Notes: generated by a model not told the origin, from the sequence alone. Shown: positions 35,670 through 46,623, counted from the stretch's first letter. The stretch is DNA of 64,000 nt from Candidatus Micrarchaeota archaeon (GCA_023129075.1 JAGMCT010000002.1:3077-67076); one strand, 5' to 3'. Numbers and translations: made by a program.

Positions 35670-36010
35670 TGACTGTTTTTGAAGAAGTAGATTTAGAAAC
35701 CAAGAAAAAGATGGTTTCCATCTGGAAGAAAATGAATCAGGAACAGAAAGACCATTTTGTAAATCAGGTTGCTCTTGCATTGAGTATATGGGATTCGGAT
35801 GAAAAAGGAAAACGTCTTGTTGCAGAGATTCTCTCAAAGGTTGTAAGGGATGGTTCAAACACCCTTTCAGATTTTGGTCTTTATCTTGAGGAATACGAGA
35901 AAAGCGCTGATTTCAGAGACAAAAGAATGCAGATAAAAAGAGCAGTTACAATTGTTGAGAACTACCGAGTAAAACACGCTCTTTCTTCTGTACCTCATAA
36001 AGAATTGTAG
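35660..36010 (+). CDS. hypothetical protein
   Basis: 116 aa. Overlaps the upstream gene by 10 nt. Confidence 0.3.
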   Translation: MGMMTVFEEVDLETKKKMVSIWKKMNQEQKDHFVNQVALALSIWDSDEKGKRLVAEILSKVVRDGSNTLSDFGLYLEEYEKSADFRDKRMQIKRAVTIVENYRVKHALSSVPHKEL

Positions 36011-36021
36011 AGGTTGAAAAA

Positions 36022-36819
36022 ATGAAAAAAATACTTTCCATTTTACTTGTTTTCGGGTTAATACATTCTATCCAGATAATAGAGCCTTTTCTTAGGGAAA
36101 CCTCAACCGGAGACACTGTTTTCCTTGGAATGATAGGCCCGGGCCAGACTGTTTACATCTCTATTCATCCCAAGGTTTATTCAGGCGGAATACATGGAAT
36201 AGGAGGGAATTACGACCTTGCTTATTTTTCTGCTCTGCCTGAAGGCTGGAGTGCAAAAAAAAGCCATCTTTACGGGGACCCCCTGCAGATAAAACTTACT
36301 GCTTCCCCTGAAGCAGAAGCAGGAGATTATTATGTAAATGTTAATGTAGATGATGAAGGCGACGGGGAGGAACTTGGAAATATCACTTTCGTAGCGAGGG
36401 TAACAATAGACCATAATGTTATGGAAACAGAAATATACCCTTCAAAAAAATCCGTAAGTGTTGGACAGCCGGCCCGCTTTAAGATTACAGTATATAACAC
36501 AGGTTCAACAGGAGATGTTTTTCGTATTCATTCCGAGGGCGTTCCGAAATGGGATTTCCAGGAAGCAGTATATATCCCTGCCAAAGGAAAAAGGGATATT
36601 TATTATGAGGTTGTTGCATTTGAAGAGGAATCCTATTCTTTCAGTGTTATCGTTGAATCCACCTCCAGCCCCCTAATCAGGGAAGAGATGTCTGCTGAAG
36701 TAAGCTTTTACCCCAGCATTTTCTCGGATATGAAAGCGGTAAATAACGGTGCCCTTGTATTTCCAATCATAGAGGCCCCAATCTATTCAATACTCGGCCT
36801 GCTCTCCAACCTTTGGTAA
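36022..36819 (+). CDS. secreted protein with an Ig-like/CARDB-like beta domain, hypothetical
   Basis: Signal peptide. The 'ARFKITVYNTGSTGDVF' pattern resembles CARDB-like adhesin domains. Confidence 0.4.
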   Translation: MKKILSILLVFGLIHSIQIIEPFLRETSTGDTVFLGMIGPGQTVYISIHPKVYSGGIHGIGGNYDLAYFSALPEGWSAKKSHLYGDPLQIKLTASPEAEAGDYYVNVNVDDEGDGEELGNITFVARVTIDHNVMETEIYPSKKSVSVGQPARFKITVYNTGSTGDVFRIHSEGVPKWDFQEAVYIPAKGKRDIYYEVVAFEEESYSFSVIVESTSSPLIREEMSAEVSFYPSIFSDMKAVNNGALVFPIIEAPIYSILGLLSNLW

Positions 36820-36829
36820 GAGTGATATT

Positions 36830-38344
36830 TTGAGAAAGAAAGCAATCAATTACATCATAGACCATATTCTAAAAGGAGAAAGAGCTCTTGAGAAAATAAA
36901 AAGAAAGGCATGTTCGCTTTATTCCCTGCCCGATTTTATAAAGAACAGCGAGATACGCTCTGCTTTCCCAAAACATGAACTCACCAAAGAGATTAATTCC
37001 CTTTTGCTGAAAAAACCATCACGCACAAAATCTGGGGTATCCCCTATTGCTGTAATGATAAAACCAATAGATTCCTGTAAATGGAATTGCATTTACTGTC
37101 CGTCCACAGGAAAAGCAGCAAAAAGTTATACCGGAGAAGAGCCCGCAGCTCTTCGTGCAAGAGCAGCTAACTTCGACCCCTTCATCCAGACAAGCAGAAG
37201 AGTTTCCAACTATGAGCTTCTTGGCCATCCTGCGGACAAATGCGAAGTAATAGTCATGGGCGGAACCTTTCTTGCAATGGACAGAACCTACAAACGCTTT
37301 TTTATAAAAGGAATATACGATGCCCTTAACGGCAGCATCTCAAGAAATCTTGCACATGCAAAAAAAATAAATGAAACTTCAAAACATAGAGCAATAGGTC
37401 TTACAATAGAAACACGGCCGGATGTCTGCTCCCCATTCCATATAGATGAGATGCTTGGATATGGTGCAACAAGAGTGGAATTAGGGGTTCAGCATCCAGA
37501 TGACAGGATTTACAGTAAAATAAACAGAGGCCATTCAGTAAAGGACGTAGTTCTCTCAACCAAACACCTCAAGAATTCTGCTTTCAAGGTGTGCTATCAC
37601 CTTATGCCCGGCCTTCCAGGCTCTTCTGAAAAAAAGGATATAGAAATGTTCAAGAAGATTTTTTCAGACGCCCGCTTTAAGCCGGATATGCTTAAGATAT
37701 ACCCCACCCTTGTGATGGAAGGAACCAAGCTTTACAATATGTGGAGGAAAGGAGAGTATAAATCTCTCTCGAACGATGCAGCAGCAAGATTAATTTCCAA
37801 AGCATACAAATACATTCCTTCTTATGTCCGAGTAATGCGAATCCAGCGTGATATCCCCGCAGGTTTAATCTCCGCGGGGGTAAAAAAAAGCAACCTTAGG
37901 CAGATAATTGAAAAAGAAACAAGAGGGATAAAGGAGATAAGATACAAAGAAATAGCATTCCATAAACTGAGTGACATCTCCTTTAATGAGAGCATTTACA
38001 GAGCTTCAGATGGAACAGAACATTTCATATCTGCAGAAAGTGATAACCGGCTTTTGGGTTTTATAAGACTAAGAAAACCTTCATTGTCTCATAGAAAGGA
38101 GATAACCTCTTCAACCTCTTTAGTAAGAGAATTACATGTTTATGGAGCTCAGGCAGAAATAGGAAAAAAAGGAAAGGTCCAGCACCGTTCAATAGGCTCT
38201 TCCCTTCTCTCATTTGCAGAACAAATCGCAAAAGACACCCACAAATCCGATAAAATGGTTATTATAAGCGGGGTTGGAGCAAGAGAATATTACTATAAAA
38301 AAGGATACAAAAAAGACGGCCCATATGTTTCAAAAACCCTATAA
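36830..38344 (+). CDS. elp3: Elp3-family radical-SAM/GNAT tRNA uridine-34 acetyltransferase
   Basis: 'PSRTKSGVSPIAVMIKP', radical SAM 'CKWNCIYCPSTG', and a C-terminal GNAT (HVYGAQAEIGKKGKVQHRSIGSSLL). 504 aa. Confidence 0.85.
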   Translation: MRKKAINYIIDHILKGERALEKIKRKACSLYSLPDFIKNSEIRSAFPKHELTKEINSLLLKKPSRTKSGVSPIAVMIKPIDSCKWNCIYCPSTGKAAKSYTGEEPAALRARAANFDPFIQTSRRVSNYELLGHPADKCEVIVMGGTFLAMDRTYKRFFIKGIYDALNGSISRNLAHAKKINETSKHRAIGLTIETRPDVCSPFHIDEMLGYGATRVELGVQHPDDRIYSKINRGHSVKDVVLSTKHLKNSAFKVCYHLMPGLPGSSEKKDIEMFKKIFSDARFKPDMLKIYPTLVMEGTKLYNMWRKGEYKSLSNDAAARLISKAYKYIPSYVRVMRIQRDIPAGLISAGVKKSNLRQIIEKETRGIKEIRYKEIAFHKLSDISFNESIYRASDGTEHFISAESDNRLLGFIRLRKPSLSHRKEITSSTSLVRELHVYGAQAEIGKKGKVQHRSIGSSLLSFAEQIAKDTHKSDKMVIISGVGAREYYYKKGYKKDGPYVSKTL

Positions 38345-38416
38345 TTTATTCTAATTCACACTAAGAAAATTTTTCCATGAAAGTATTTAAAAACATTCTC
38401 AAACAAGCTCAAATTT

Positions 38417-39151
38417 ATGAAAAATAGATTTTTTGTATTTGGTTCTGTTGTTATGTTCCTGGTAATAGCAGTTATGGTCGTTAACGCCTTCCAAATCCCA
38501 TTTTTTGAAGAAGAATCAATAACAGAAGAGGACTCAACAATAATTTCAATAACAGGAAATGCAAAAGAATTTCTTCAACCAAATCTAGCAAAATTTAATG
38601 TTGGGGTAGTAACAGACAACGATGAGGCAGACAGGTCTGTTTCAGATAATGCAGAAGCAGTTGCTGATGTGAAAAATGAGCTTATGGAATTAGGCATAAA
38701 TGAAGAGGATATAAAAACTTCTTATTTTTATGTATCTGTTAACAAAGATTGGGAAACAAATACAATAACCGGTTATACGACGACCCATACATTAACAATA
38801 GAAACAGAAGATATTGAAGACATAGGAAAATATATAGATGGTGCAGTAAAAGCAGGTGCAAACAGGATATCCAGCATCCAATTCACACTGAATGAAGAAA
38901 CAATTGAAGAAATAAAAAAAGAATTATTAGCAGATGCTGTTAAAGATGCAAAAGAAAAAGCAGATATCCTGGCTAATGCTGTTGATAAAACAGTTGTAGA
39001 TACAAAGACAATTTCAATTTCTCAAAGCTATAGAAGTCCTTACTCACCTTATGGAGATTATGAAATGTATAGTTCAAAAGCAGATACTTCTATTGAATAC
39101 GACGATGTTTCTGTCTCTGTTTCAGTATACATTGAGTTCTTAGGACAATGA
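38417..39151 (+). CDS. secreted SIMPL/DUF541-like protein
   Basis: Signal and TM anchor. The motif pattern 'ITGYTTTHTLTIETEDIEDIGKYIDGAVKAGANRISSIQF' is typical of the SIMPL family. Confidence 0.4.
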   Translation: MKNRFFVFGSVVMFLVIAVMVVNAFQIPFFEEESITEEDSTIISITGNAKEFLQPNLAKFNVGVVTDNDEADRSVSDNAEAVADVKNELMELGINEEDIKTSYFYVSVNKDWETNTITGYTTTHTLTIETEDIEDIGKYIDGAVKAGANRISSIQFTLNEETIEEIKKELLADAVKDAKEKADILANAVDKTVVDTKTISISQSYRSPYSPYGDYEMYSSKADTSIEYDDVSVSVSVYIEFLGQ

Positions 39152-39154
39152 AAT

Positions 39155-39829
39155 TTAGAGATTCAGGATAACACACAAAAAATATCTCCACCCATGCCTT
39201 AAGATAGAAACCCCGCTTTTTCCTTCCTTTCTTGCATATTCCTTCGCAGGTATTTCTTTTATTTTTCTTCCTTTCTTCAGCATTTTCATACATTCTTCTG
39301 TTTCTATTTCAAAATATTCTGATTTCAGATTCAATTCTCTTAAGCTTTGTGTTTTTGCAGCTCTGAATCCATTTTGTGTATCCGTTATTTTTACTCCAAA
39401 CCTCGTATTAACTATCTGATTTATACACAGGGTAAAAAAACTCCTGAAAAAACCATCCCAGCTTCCGTCATACAGTTCCTCACTCCCTCCAGTGAATCTT
39501 GACCCTATAACCATGTCTGCATTGCTTTTTTTCAGCTCTTTGATCATAGGTTCAATATCCTCAGTATCATGAGAACCATCCGCATCCATAAAGACAACAT
39601 ATCTGCTTTTTATCCTTTCAAGCGCAGCCCTTATTGCATCCCCTTTTCCATTTCCCCCATTGCTTATGCACTCAATCTTTTCTCTTTTGCATATTTTTAC
39701 TATTCCATCCGCTTTTTTTGCTGCAACAACCAGAATATCAACCTTCATTTTTTTGAGTTCTTTGGTTATTCCCAAAAGGGTGTTTATCTCATCCTTTGCA
39801 GGTATTACCACACTTATTTCAGAGTTCAT
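39155..39829 (-). CDS. family-2 glycosyltransferase (dolichyl-phosphate sugar synthase-like)
   Basis: 'ISVVIPAKDE' and 'VVFMDADGSHD' (the DxD motif) are GT2 motifs. Confidence 0.75.
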   Translation of the reverse strand: MNSEISVVIPAKDEINTLLGITKELKKMKVDILVVAAKKADGIVKICKREKIECISNGGNGKGDAIRAALERIKSRYVVFMDADGSHDTEDIEPMIKELKKSNADMVIGSRFTGGSEELYDGSWDGFFRSFFTLCINQIVNTRFGVKITDTQNGFRAAKTQSLRELNLKSEYFEIETEECMKMLKKGRKIKEIPAKEYARKEGKSGVSILRHGWRYFLCVILNL

Positions 39830-39891
39830 ATTTCAATTTGGCGTCCTTATGTTTTTTAAATCCTTCCAAATCTTATTAATTTGGTGTTAAC

Positions 39892-40152
39892 ATGGGCAAA
39901 TATGTTTTGGCAAGACAACTCTCAGGGAAAAAGGTCATTACCAATGAAGGAGAGGAATTCGGAAGACTCGTTGATATGAATATTGATGAACTTAGCGGAA
40001 GGATAGAGCAGTTGGTTCTGGAGCCAAACCCAGACCATCCATTAACCGAGAAGGTTAGGAAGGAAGAAGGAATGGCAATTATTCCCTACGGCAGTGTTCT
40101 TGCAATCGGAGATTTCATAATCGTTGAGAAGAAGTCTGTTCTTTCCGATTGA
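39892..40152 (+). CDS. PRC-barrel domain protein
   Basis: 'GKKVITNEGEEFGRLVDMNIDELSGRIEQLVLE' has a PRC-barrel-like pattern. Confidence 0.45.
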   Translation: MGKYVLARQLSGKKVITNEGEEFGRLVDMNIDELSGRIEQLVLEPNPDHPLTEKVRKEEGMAIIPYGSVLAIGDFIIVEKKSVLSD

Positions 40153-40206
40153 TGGAATTTTCCTCCACCCCAACTCTTCTTAAACTCTTTCTTCGTATTC
40201 TTTATT

Positions 40207-40827
40207 ATGGCGCTAATTGGAGGCATTGATGAAGCAGGCAGAGGACCAGTCATAGGCCCCCTGGTAATATGTCTTGCCACTGCAGAGAGAAAAGATGAGC
40301 AGAAAATTAAGCAATTCGGAGCTGTTGATTCAAAAAAACTTAGTCCTGAGCAAAGAGAGGCAGTTCTTGCAAAAATCACCTCCATCTGTAATTTTGTAAT
40401 AAAAGAAATAACTGCACAGGAACTCAACAGGTTAATGGATGATTATTCTCTTAATGAAATAGAAGAAATGGCCATGGCTGAACTCATAAAGAAAACACGT
40501 GCAGATGTTATTGTTGACCTCCCTGAGCGCTATTCCTGGGTTTTCTTCAAAAGAATGAAATCCTATGGGGTTGAGAAGGTTGAAGCAGAACACCATGCAG
40601 ATGACAAATACCCAATCGTTTCCGCTGCTTCTATTTGTGCAAAGGTGACCCGCGATAAGAGAATAGAAGAATTGAGAAATCAATATGGGGATTTTGGGAG
40701 CGGTTACCCCGCAGACCCGAAAACCATTGCATTCATAAAAAATCCTGAAAAAAGAAACCTAATCTTAAAATATATAAGAATAAAATGGAAAACCATTTCA
40801 AATCTTTCCCAGACAAAATTATTCTAG
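40207..40827 (+). CDS. rnhB: ribonuclease HII
   Basis: 'GIDEAGRGPVIGPLV' is the RNase HII active-site motif. 206 aa. Confidence 0.9.
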   Translation: MALIGGIDEAGRGPVIGPLVICLATAERKDEQKIKQFGAVDSKKLSPEQREAVLAKITSICNFVIKEITAQELNRLMDDYSLNEIEEMAMAELIKKTRADVIVDLPERYSWVFFKRMKSYGVEKVEAEHHADDKYPIVSAASICAKVTRDKRIEELRNQYGDFGSGYPADPKTIAFIKNPEKRNLILKYIRIKWKTISNLSQTKLF

Positions 40828-41465
40828 ACTCTTTCAAGGCCTTTTTTCCCGAGTTCTTTTTTATATCCCTTCCCGGCATTCATCACAAAGGCAATCCTCT
40901 GCACAACTGTAAGTCCTGCAAGGAAGAATACAACCACAAGCACAAAAGAGGCCCAATTCGCATTCCAAAGCACAAGCAAAAGCCCGATAAAAAGCAATCC
41001 TATTCTTTCAGCTCTTTCCAGCATTCCGGGCATCTTTTTTGCTTCTTCATTTCCGAGAACACCGCAATGGGATGAGTAGGCCTTTATATAAGAGGTCATT
41101 GCAGTCCCAAGAAAGAGTATTCCTATGAGCCACCATTCCATTCCAATTATAAACGGAGGAAGCCCAATCCTTATGAATAAAAGAATCAGAAGAAACTCAA
41201 CGGTTCTGTCACTTATTCCATCCAGGAATGCACCCTTTGGAGAGCTGATTCCCTTTCCTCTTGCTATCGCCCCATCTATCATATCAATAAAAAAAGCAAA
41301 TCCAAATAACAGAATACTCAGTACAGGAGAATAATCCCATATAAATAACCCAATCAAAGCAATTAACACAGCGCCTATCGTCAGCTGGTTTGGTGTTAAT
41401 GGAATCCACCCAAATAACATATAAGTAACATCAGAGGTTTTTTCTCCAATCCTTTCCTTAAGCAT
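40824..41465 (-). CDS. CDP-alcohol phosphatidyltransferase (likely archaetidylinositol-phosphate synthase)
   Basis: 'DMIDGAIARGKG...GAFLDGISDRTVE' matches D-G-x2-A-R-x8-G-x3-D-x3-D. Multi-TM. It is adjacent to MIPS. Confidence 0.75.
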   Translation of the reverse strand: MLKERIGEKTSDVTYMLFGWIPLTPNQLTIGAVLIALIGLFIWDYSPVLSILLFGFAFFIDMIDGAIARGKGISSPKGAFLDGISDRTVEFLLILLFIRIGLPPFIIGMEWWLIGILFLGTAMTSYIKAYSSHCGVLGNEEAKKMPGMLERAERIGLLFIGLLLVLWNANWASFVLVVVFFLAGLTVVQRIAFVMNAGKGYKKELGKKGLERV

Positions 41466-41486
41466 TTTTTCAACCCATTCTTTTTC

Positions 41487-42575
41487 TTATGCTTCTTCTT
41501 TTATAAATCTCTCTAATTCCTGTTTTGCAACAGCATCAGCCATTTGCTCTGGAGGATGTTTCATAAGATAAGCGCAGGCAGGAATCACAGCCCCCCTCTC
41601 CCCTCTTTCTAATGCAACCTTTGCCAGTCTTATTGCATCAGCAACAATTCCACCGCTGTTTGCTTTATCATCAACTGTTAATTTTACCTCCATCTTATAT
41701 GGAATATCCGCCCACATACGCCCCTCTATATTCATAAATGCTATCTTGGTATTTTCAAGAAAAGGCACAAAATCGCTCGGTCCTATATGTATATTCTTAT
41801 CATCCAATCTTTCATTAAACTGGCTCTGCACGCTCTCGGTCTTTGAAATTTTCTTGCTTTCTAACCTTTCTCTTTCCAGCATGTTCTTGAAATCAGTGTT
41901 TCCGCCTACATTGAGCTGGTACGTGTTTGCCACAGAACTGCCCCTGTCCGCAGTTAGTTTCGCAAGCACCCTATGCACAATTGTAGCACCTATCATGCCT
42001 TTTATATCATCCCCAATTACCGGGATTCCTTTTTCCCTGAATTTTTTTTCCCATTCTGGATTGCTTGCAATAAATACAGGCATGTTGTTTACAAAAGCGC
42101 ATCCTGTTTTCAATGCAATATTCGCCCAATATTCTGTCGCTTTCTGGCTCCCGACAGGCAGATAATTAATTAAAATCTCGGTCCCTGTCCTTTTTATCTC
42201 ATCCATTATCTCTTTTTCCAGTTCAGGACTCAATTCTATTCTTTTCGGTTTAATCATCTCTTCAGTATACTTACTTATTCCATCCATTACAGGAGAAGGA
42301 TGCACGATTGTTTCGCTTTTTGGAAGATTAATCCATTTCACCATGTTTGGTTCTGCCATCGCCGCCTCATCAAGTGTTTTTCCTACTTTGTTTTCCCCCA
42401 CATCAAAAGCAGATACAAATTCTATGTCCTGTACTCTGTAACCACCAATTTCCCGATGCATTATTCCAGTAACTTCCGCGTTATGTTGTTTATAATATTC
42501 TATTCCCTGGTAAAGCCCTGCAAAGCAGTTTCCGACTCCAATTACCCCAACCTTTATTTTCCCCATGAATATCAC
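41487..42575 (-). CDS. ino1: myo-inositol-1-phosphate synthase
   Basis: 'KVGVIGVGNCFAGLYQGIEYY', 'LPVFIASNPEW', 'GDDIKGMIGATIVHRVLAKL' and 'NVGGNTDFKNMLERERLESKKISKT' align closely with bacterial and archaeal Ino1. Confidence 0.85.
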   Translation of the reverse strand: MIFMGKIKVGVIGVGNCFAGLYQGIEYYKQHNAEVTGIMHREIGGYRVQDIEFVSAFDVGENKVGKTLDEAAMAEPNMVKWINLPKSETIVHPSPVMDGISKYTEEMIKPKRIELSPELEKEIMDEIKRTGTEILINYLPVGSQKATEYWANIALKTGCAFVNNMPVFIASNPEWEKKFREKGIPVIGDDIKGMIGATIVHRVLAKLTADRGSSVANTYQLNVGGNTDFKNMLERERLESKKISKTESVQSQFNERLDDKNIHIGPSDFVPFLENTKIAFMNIEGRMWADIPYKMEVKLTVDDKANSGGIVADAIRLAKVALERGERGAVIPACAYLMKHPPEQMADAVAKQELERFIKEEA

Positions 42576-42727
42576 TAAGGAGTAATAGGGGAGAAAATTA
42601 TTTAAAGGTATTTAATACTCATTAATATATTAACAATCCGAATACATCTTCAAATTCTCCTCAAAACAACAGGTACTTTTAAAAACTTAAGTACACTTAA
42701 CTTTCTTAAGCATGCCTAAGTGATACG

Positions 42728-43093
42728 ATGTACTCCCGTGAAATTGAAGATTATTTAAAATACACCCATCTCCTTTCAAAAGAAAAAGGTTATGCAAGAA
42801 CAAAGGAACTTGCACAAAAGATTAATGTTTCTCTTCCCAGCATCAGCCAGATGGTTAAGAAACTTAGGGAACAAAAGCTTCTTCTCCATAGAAAATACGG
42901 GGTAATAAAGCTTACTGAAAAAGGAAAAAGAATAGCAAAGGAGATTGAATTAAGAAATAAAATCTTCGTAGATTTCCTCAAGAAAATAGGGGTTCCAAAT
43001 GAAACAGCGGAAAGGGATGCCTGTGAGCTTGAGCATAATCTAAGCACAGAAACCCTTGCCCGTTTGATGATATTTGTAAGAAGAATGAAGTGA
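42728..43093 (+). CDS. DtxR/MntR-family metal-dependent transcriptional regulator
   Basis: N-terminal HTH 'YARTKELAQKINVSLPSISQMVKKL' and a position immediately upstream of feoAB. Confidence 0.7.
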   Translation: MYSREIEDYLKYTHLLSKEKGYARTKELAQKINVSLPSISQMVKKLREQKLLLHRKYGVIKLTEKGKRIAKEIELRNKIFVDFLKKIGVPNETAERDACELEHNLSTETLARLMIFVRRMK

Positions 43094-43097
43094 TAAG

Positions 43098-43331
43098 ATG
43101 GAAAAAAGACTTTCAGAACTTTTAGAAGGAGAAAAAGGAAGGATAACAGCTTCAAAAGGTTCAGGACCGGTTCACAAACGACTGCTTGAGATGGGATTAG
43201 TTAGAGGCGCTATAGTAGAAATTGAAAAGGTTGCCCCTCTTGGAGACCCCATTGAAATAAAAGTAAAGAATTACAACCTTTCTCTTAGGAAAAGCGAAGC
43301 AGAAAATATATTGGTGGATGTGATAGAATGA
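43098..43331 (+). CDS. feoA: FeoA domain protein
   Basis: 77-aa SH3-like FeoA pattern (LSELLEGEKGRI...LLEMGLVRGAIVEI). Confidence 0.65.
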   Translation: MEKRLSELLEGEKGRITASKGSGPVHKRLLEMGLVRGAIVEIEKVAPLGDPIEIKVKNYNLSLRKSEAENILVDVIE

Positions 43332-43552
43332 GCATGCCCCTTTCAATGGTTGGAGAAGGAAAAAAGGTTAAGATAATTGAGATTGGGGGAGGCTGGATGC
43401 TGAAAAAAAGATTTCATGACCTTGGTTTATACGAGGGAACTGAAATTGAGGTTATAAAGAATGATGTTACAGCCGGACCTTTGATAATCAGAGTCCTTGA
43501 TTCAAGGATTGGCATCGGGAGAGGACAGGCAAACAGAATAATGGTGGAATGA
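43328..43552 (+). CDS. feoA: FeoA domain protein (second copy)
   Basis: 74 aa ('[32 protein letters not shown]'), overlapping its neighbours. Confidence 0.65.
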   Translation: MSMPLSMVGEGKKVKIIEIGGGWMLKKRFHDLGLYEGTEIEVIKNDVTAGPLIIRVLDSRIGIGRGQANRIMVE

Positions 43553-43553
43553 C

Positions 43554-45572
43554 ATGAAAAAGATTACTATTGCAGTAGCAGGAAATCCGAATGTCGGCAA
43601 GTCAACTCTATTTAACGCATTTACAGGGGCCAGACAGCACGTTGGGAACTGGCCGGGGAAAACCATTGAAAAAAAGGAGGGTGAATTAAGACATGAAGGA
43701 CATAATATCAAGATTGTTGACCTCCCGGGCACTTACAGCCTCACAGCGTATTCAATTGAAGAGATTGTTGCAAGAAATTATATTGTTGATGAACATCCGG
43801 ATGCAGTTATTCATATTGTTGATTCCACTAATCTTGAAAGGAATCTTTATCTTACACTTCAGCTTATTGAGCTTGGAGCCAACGTTGTTCTTGCGCTGAA
43901 TATGACAGACTTAGCCGAAAAACAAAAAATAGAAATAGATGAAAAAAAAATCTCTCATTTTCTCAACATTCCCGTAGTTAAAATACAGGCAAGAAAAAAA
44001 CAGGGGATTGATAAATTAATTAAGGTAACTATTGAGGAAGCAGGGAAAAAAAGACATAAAAAACCTCAGATGAGATATGGAAAAGAATTGAGGCCTCATA
44101 TAATAGAGTTAGGAGATATTGCAAAGAAATTAAACCTTTCAGAAGGCTATAATCCCCGTTGGATTGTGTTGAAACTTCTGGAGTGTGATGACCAGGTTAG
44201 AAGTCTTGTTGAAAAAATAGATGGAGGAAAAGAGCTTATTGAGGAGGTAAGGAAGACAAGAGTCCATCTTGTACATATTTTTGGCGAGGATGTGGATACA
44301 GTACTTGCAAATGCAAGGTATGGTTTTATTGCAGGTTTGATGAAAGAATCAGTAAATAAAAAAGCAGAAGGACAACTAACGATTTCTGATAAGATTGATA
44401 GATTTGTTACAAATAGATATCTCGGTATTCCATTTTTCCTTTTTGTGATGTGGCTTATGTTCACCATAACATTTGAAGTGGCGGCACCTTTTATGGACTT
44501 GATTGACTGGTCTTTTGGGTGGATGAGCGGGATTGCCGTTGGATGGGTTGCATCTGTTAACGGCCCAGAATGGCTGGCCTCATTGATAGCAGATGGAATT
44601 ATGGGAGGGGTCGGAAGTGTTTTGATATTTGTTCCAAATATATTTCTCCTGTTTATGGTAATCGCCATCCTAGAGGATTCAGGATATATGGCTAGGGCAG
44701 CATTTATAATGGACAGATTGATGCATAAAATCGGTCTGCACGGAAAATCATTTATACCTATGATATTGGGTTTTGGATGCAATGTCCCGGCTATTATGGC
44801 CACAAGAACACTTGAAAATAAAAAGGACCGTTTATTAACAATCCTTATTAACCCCTTGATGTCCTGCTCTGCAAGACTTCCTGTTTATGTATTGTTTGTT
44901 GGCGCCTTCTTTGCAGAATATCAGGGCCTGGTAATATTCTCCCTTTACTTATTGGGTATAACACTTGCAATACTAATGGGTCTGATATTCAAAAAATCTC
45001 TTTTCCCTGGACTTTCCAGTCCTTTTGTAATGGAACTGCCCCCATATAGAATGCCCACCCTTACAGGCATTTTGGTTCACATGTGGGAGAGAGGGAGCCT
45101 GTTCATAAAAAAGGCCGGAACAATGATTTTTGTAATCGTGCTTTTCATATGGTTTCTTGCGAATCTTCCTATGGGGGTTGAATATGCTTCCCAGGAGAGC
45201 TTAATCGGACAGATGGGGAGTCTGATAGCCCCTATTTTTGAGCCCTGCGGATTCGGAAGCTGGCAGGCATCTTCATCATTACTTTTCGGCTTTGCTGCAA
45301 AAGAGGTCGTTGTAGGAACACTTGGCACGGTCTATGGTGTTGGGGAAGAAGCGTTGGTAGATTCCTTACGGAATACATTTACTCCCCTCTCAGCGTATGC
45401 ATTCATGGTTTTTACCCTGCTTTATGTTCCGTGCATGGCAGTTATTTCAGTAATAAAAAAGGAAACAAACAGCTGGAAATGGCCTATATTTACTGTAGTT
45501 TATACAACCCTGCTTGCGTGGGTAGTTTCCTTTATAGTATATCAAGGCGGTCTACTGCTCGGTTTCACATAA
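43554..45572 (+). CDS. feoB: ferrous iron transporter FeoB
   Basis: N-terminal G-domain '[20 protein letters not shown]' and 'DLPGTYSL'. The C-terminal multi-TM Gate motifs complete the match. 672 aa. Confidence 0.9.
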   Translation: MKKITIAVAGNPNVGKSTLFNAFTGARQHVGNWPGKTIEKKEGELRHEGHNIKIVDLPGTYSLTAYSIEEIVARNYIVDEHPDAVIHIVDSTNLERNLYLTLQLIELGANVVLALNMTDLAEKQKIEIDEKKISHFLNIPVVKIQARKKQGIDKLIKVTIEEAGKKRHKKPQMRYGKELRPHIIELGDIAKKLNLSEGYNPRWIVLKLLECDDQVRSLVEKIDGGKELIEEVRKTRVHLVHIFGEDVDTVLANARYGFIAGLMKESVNKKAEGQLTISDKIDRFVTNRYLGIPFFLFVMWLMFTITFEVAAPFMDLIDWSFGWMSGIAVGWVASVNGPEWLASLIADGIMGGVGSVLIFVPNIFLLFMVIAILEDSGYMARAAFIMDRLMHKIGLHGKSFIPMILGFGCNVPAIMATRTLENKKDRLLTILINPLMSCSARLPVYVLFVGAFFAEYQGLVIFSLYLLGITLAILMGLIFKKSLFPGLSSPFVMELPPYRMPTLTGILVHMWERGSLFIKKAGTMIFVIVLFIWFLANLPMGVEYASQESLIGQMGSLIAPIFEPCGFGSWQASSSLLFGFAAKEVVVGTLGTVYGVGEEALVDSLRNTFTPLSAYAFMVFTLLYVPCMAVISVIKKETNSWKWPIFTVVYTTLLAWVVSFIVYQGGLLLGFT

Positions 45573-45594
45573 GAAATATAGAAATAGAAAATAA

Positions 45595-46623
45595 CTATTG
45601 AATGGCGAATTTCAACAAAGCCGCAATCCCTCCAAATCCCTTTAATTTCTGCCCTCCTTCCCCTTCTGAAGAAAAGAATTCAATCTCAACCCTGTTTTTT
45701 TCTGCTTCCTCAACAATCCCTTCTATTTCTTCATCTTTTCTCAATGCTTCATCCGTCACAAATAATTTTCCTATGGCCCCGTATTCCAGCGCCTTCTTCA
45801 CCCCTTTTTTTCCGTATTCCACAGGCTCATCCTTATTCAATCTCTTCATAAACTCCTCCATCAACTGCTCTTCCTTTTCCATCTGGGAAAGCCCCATCAA
45901 TTTAGAAAGAATCCCCTGCTTCACTATCTCATTCACACCGCTTCTTTCTGCAGATGATGCCCCTACAAAACTAATCCTTTTCAAAAGCACAGGCTCCTTT
46001 CCTTTTATAAAAGCACTAAGCCCTTCCCTTGCAAACCCAGGTCCGCCTACAACAAACCTTTCTTCATACTTTTTTATGTACTCAGCAACCTTTCCATAAT
46101 ATTCCCTTACCTTTTCCTCATAATTCCCTTCCCTTTTGCTTCCTCTGCACCTAAACTCCGGTCCATATTCTATTCCATAACCTCTTACAACCGCTGTCAG
46201 AGCCTTTTCCTCATCCATTACTACTATCCTTATCATGGGTTTTTTCGTCTCCTTAACCGCCTTTTCCAGCCTTTTAAGCTCATGTTTTTTCCATTCTTTT
46301 ATTATTGTAACAGGATGCTCGGTATCTACTTCTATTGTATGGTATCTCCCCAATTGAATGAACTCCTCCGGCTTCCCGTAAACAATCTTCCCCCGTAACC
46401 TGAGCCTGTTCTCCTCTTTGGAAAACTGCACATCTTCAATCCCTATTCTGATAAAAACAGGCTTTTTTTCTTCCTTCCCTTCCCCGAAGCTGACGCTCCT
46501 GAAGGTCTTCCCCTCAACCTTATCCCCCTCTTTTACAATCTGGTGCAATACCCATAGGTCTTCAAGCCTTTCACAGAGTATTTTTACAATACCCTCCTTC
46601 AGGTATTTTTTCAGGATTCTCAT
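45595..46623 (-). CDS. pelA: Pelota/Dom34 (no-go mRNA decay / ribosome rescue factor)
   Basis: N-terminus 'MRILKKYLKEGIVKILCERLEDLWVLHQIVKEGDKV' and the overall eRF1-like three-domain layout. 342 aa. Confidence 0.8.
   Translation of the reverse strand: MRILKKYLKEGIVKILCERLEDLWVLHQIVKEGDKVEGKTFRSVSFGEGKEEKKPVFIRIGIEDVQFSKEENRLRLRGKIVYGKPEEFIQLGRYHTIEVDTEHPVTIIKEWKKHELKRLEKAVKETKKPMIRIVVMDEEKALTAVVRGYGIEYGPEFRCRGSKREGNYEEKVREYYGKVAEYIKKYEERFVVGGPGFAREGLSAFIKGKEPVLLKRISFVGASSAERSGVNEIVKQGILSKLMGLSQMEKEEQLMEEFMKRLNKDEPVEYGKKGVKKALEYGAIGKLFVTDEALRKDEEIEGIVEEAEKNRVEIEFFSSEGEGGQKLKGFGGIAALLKFAIQ

Noticed and set aside
44147-44803. 218-aa minus-strand ORF inside feoB
   Set aside because: It is antisense to a confidently identified FeoB and has no motif.
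45602-46099. 165-aa plus-strand ORF
   Set aside because: It is antisense to the Pelota gene, Ser/Pro-rich and low-complexity.
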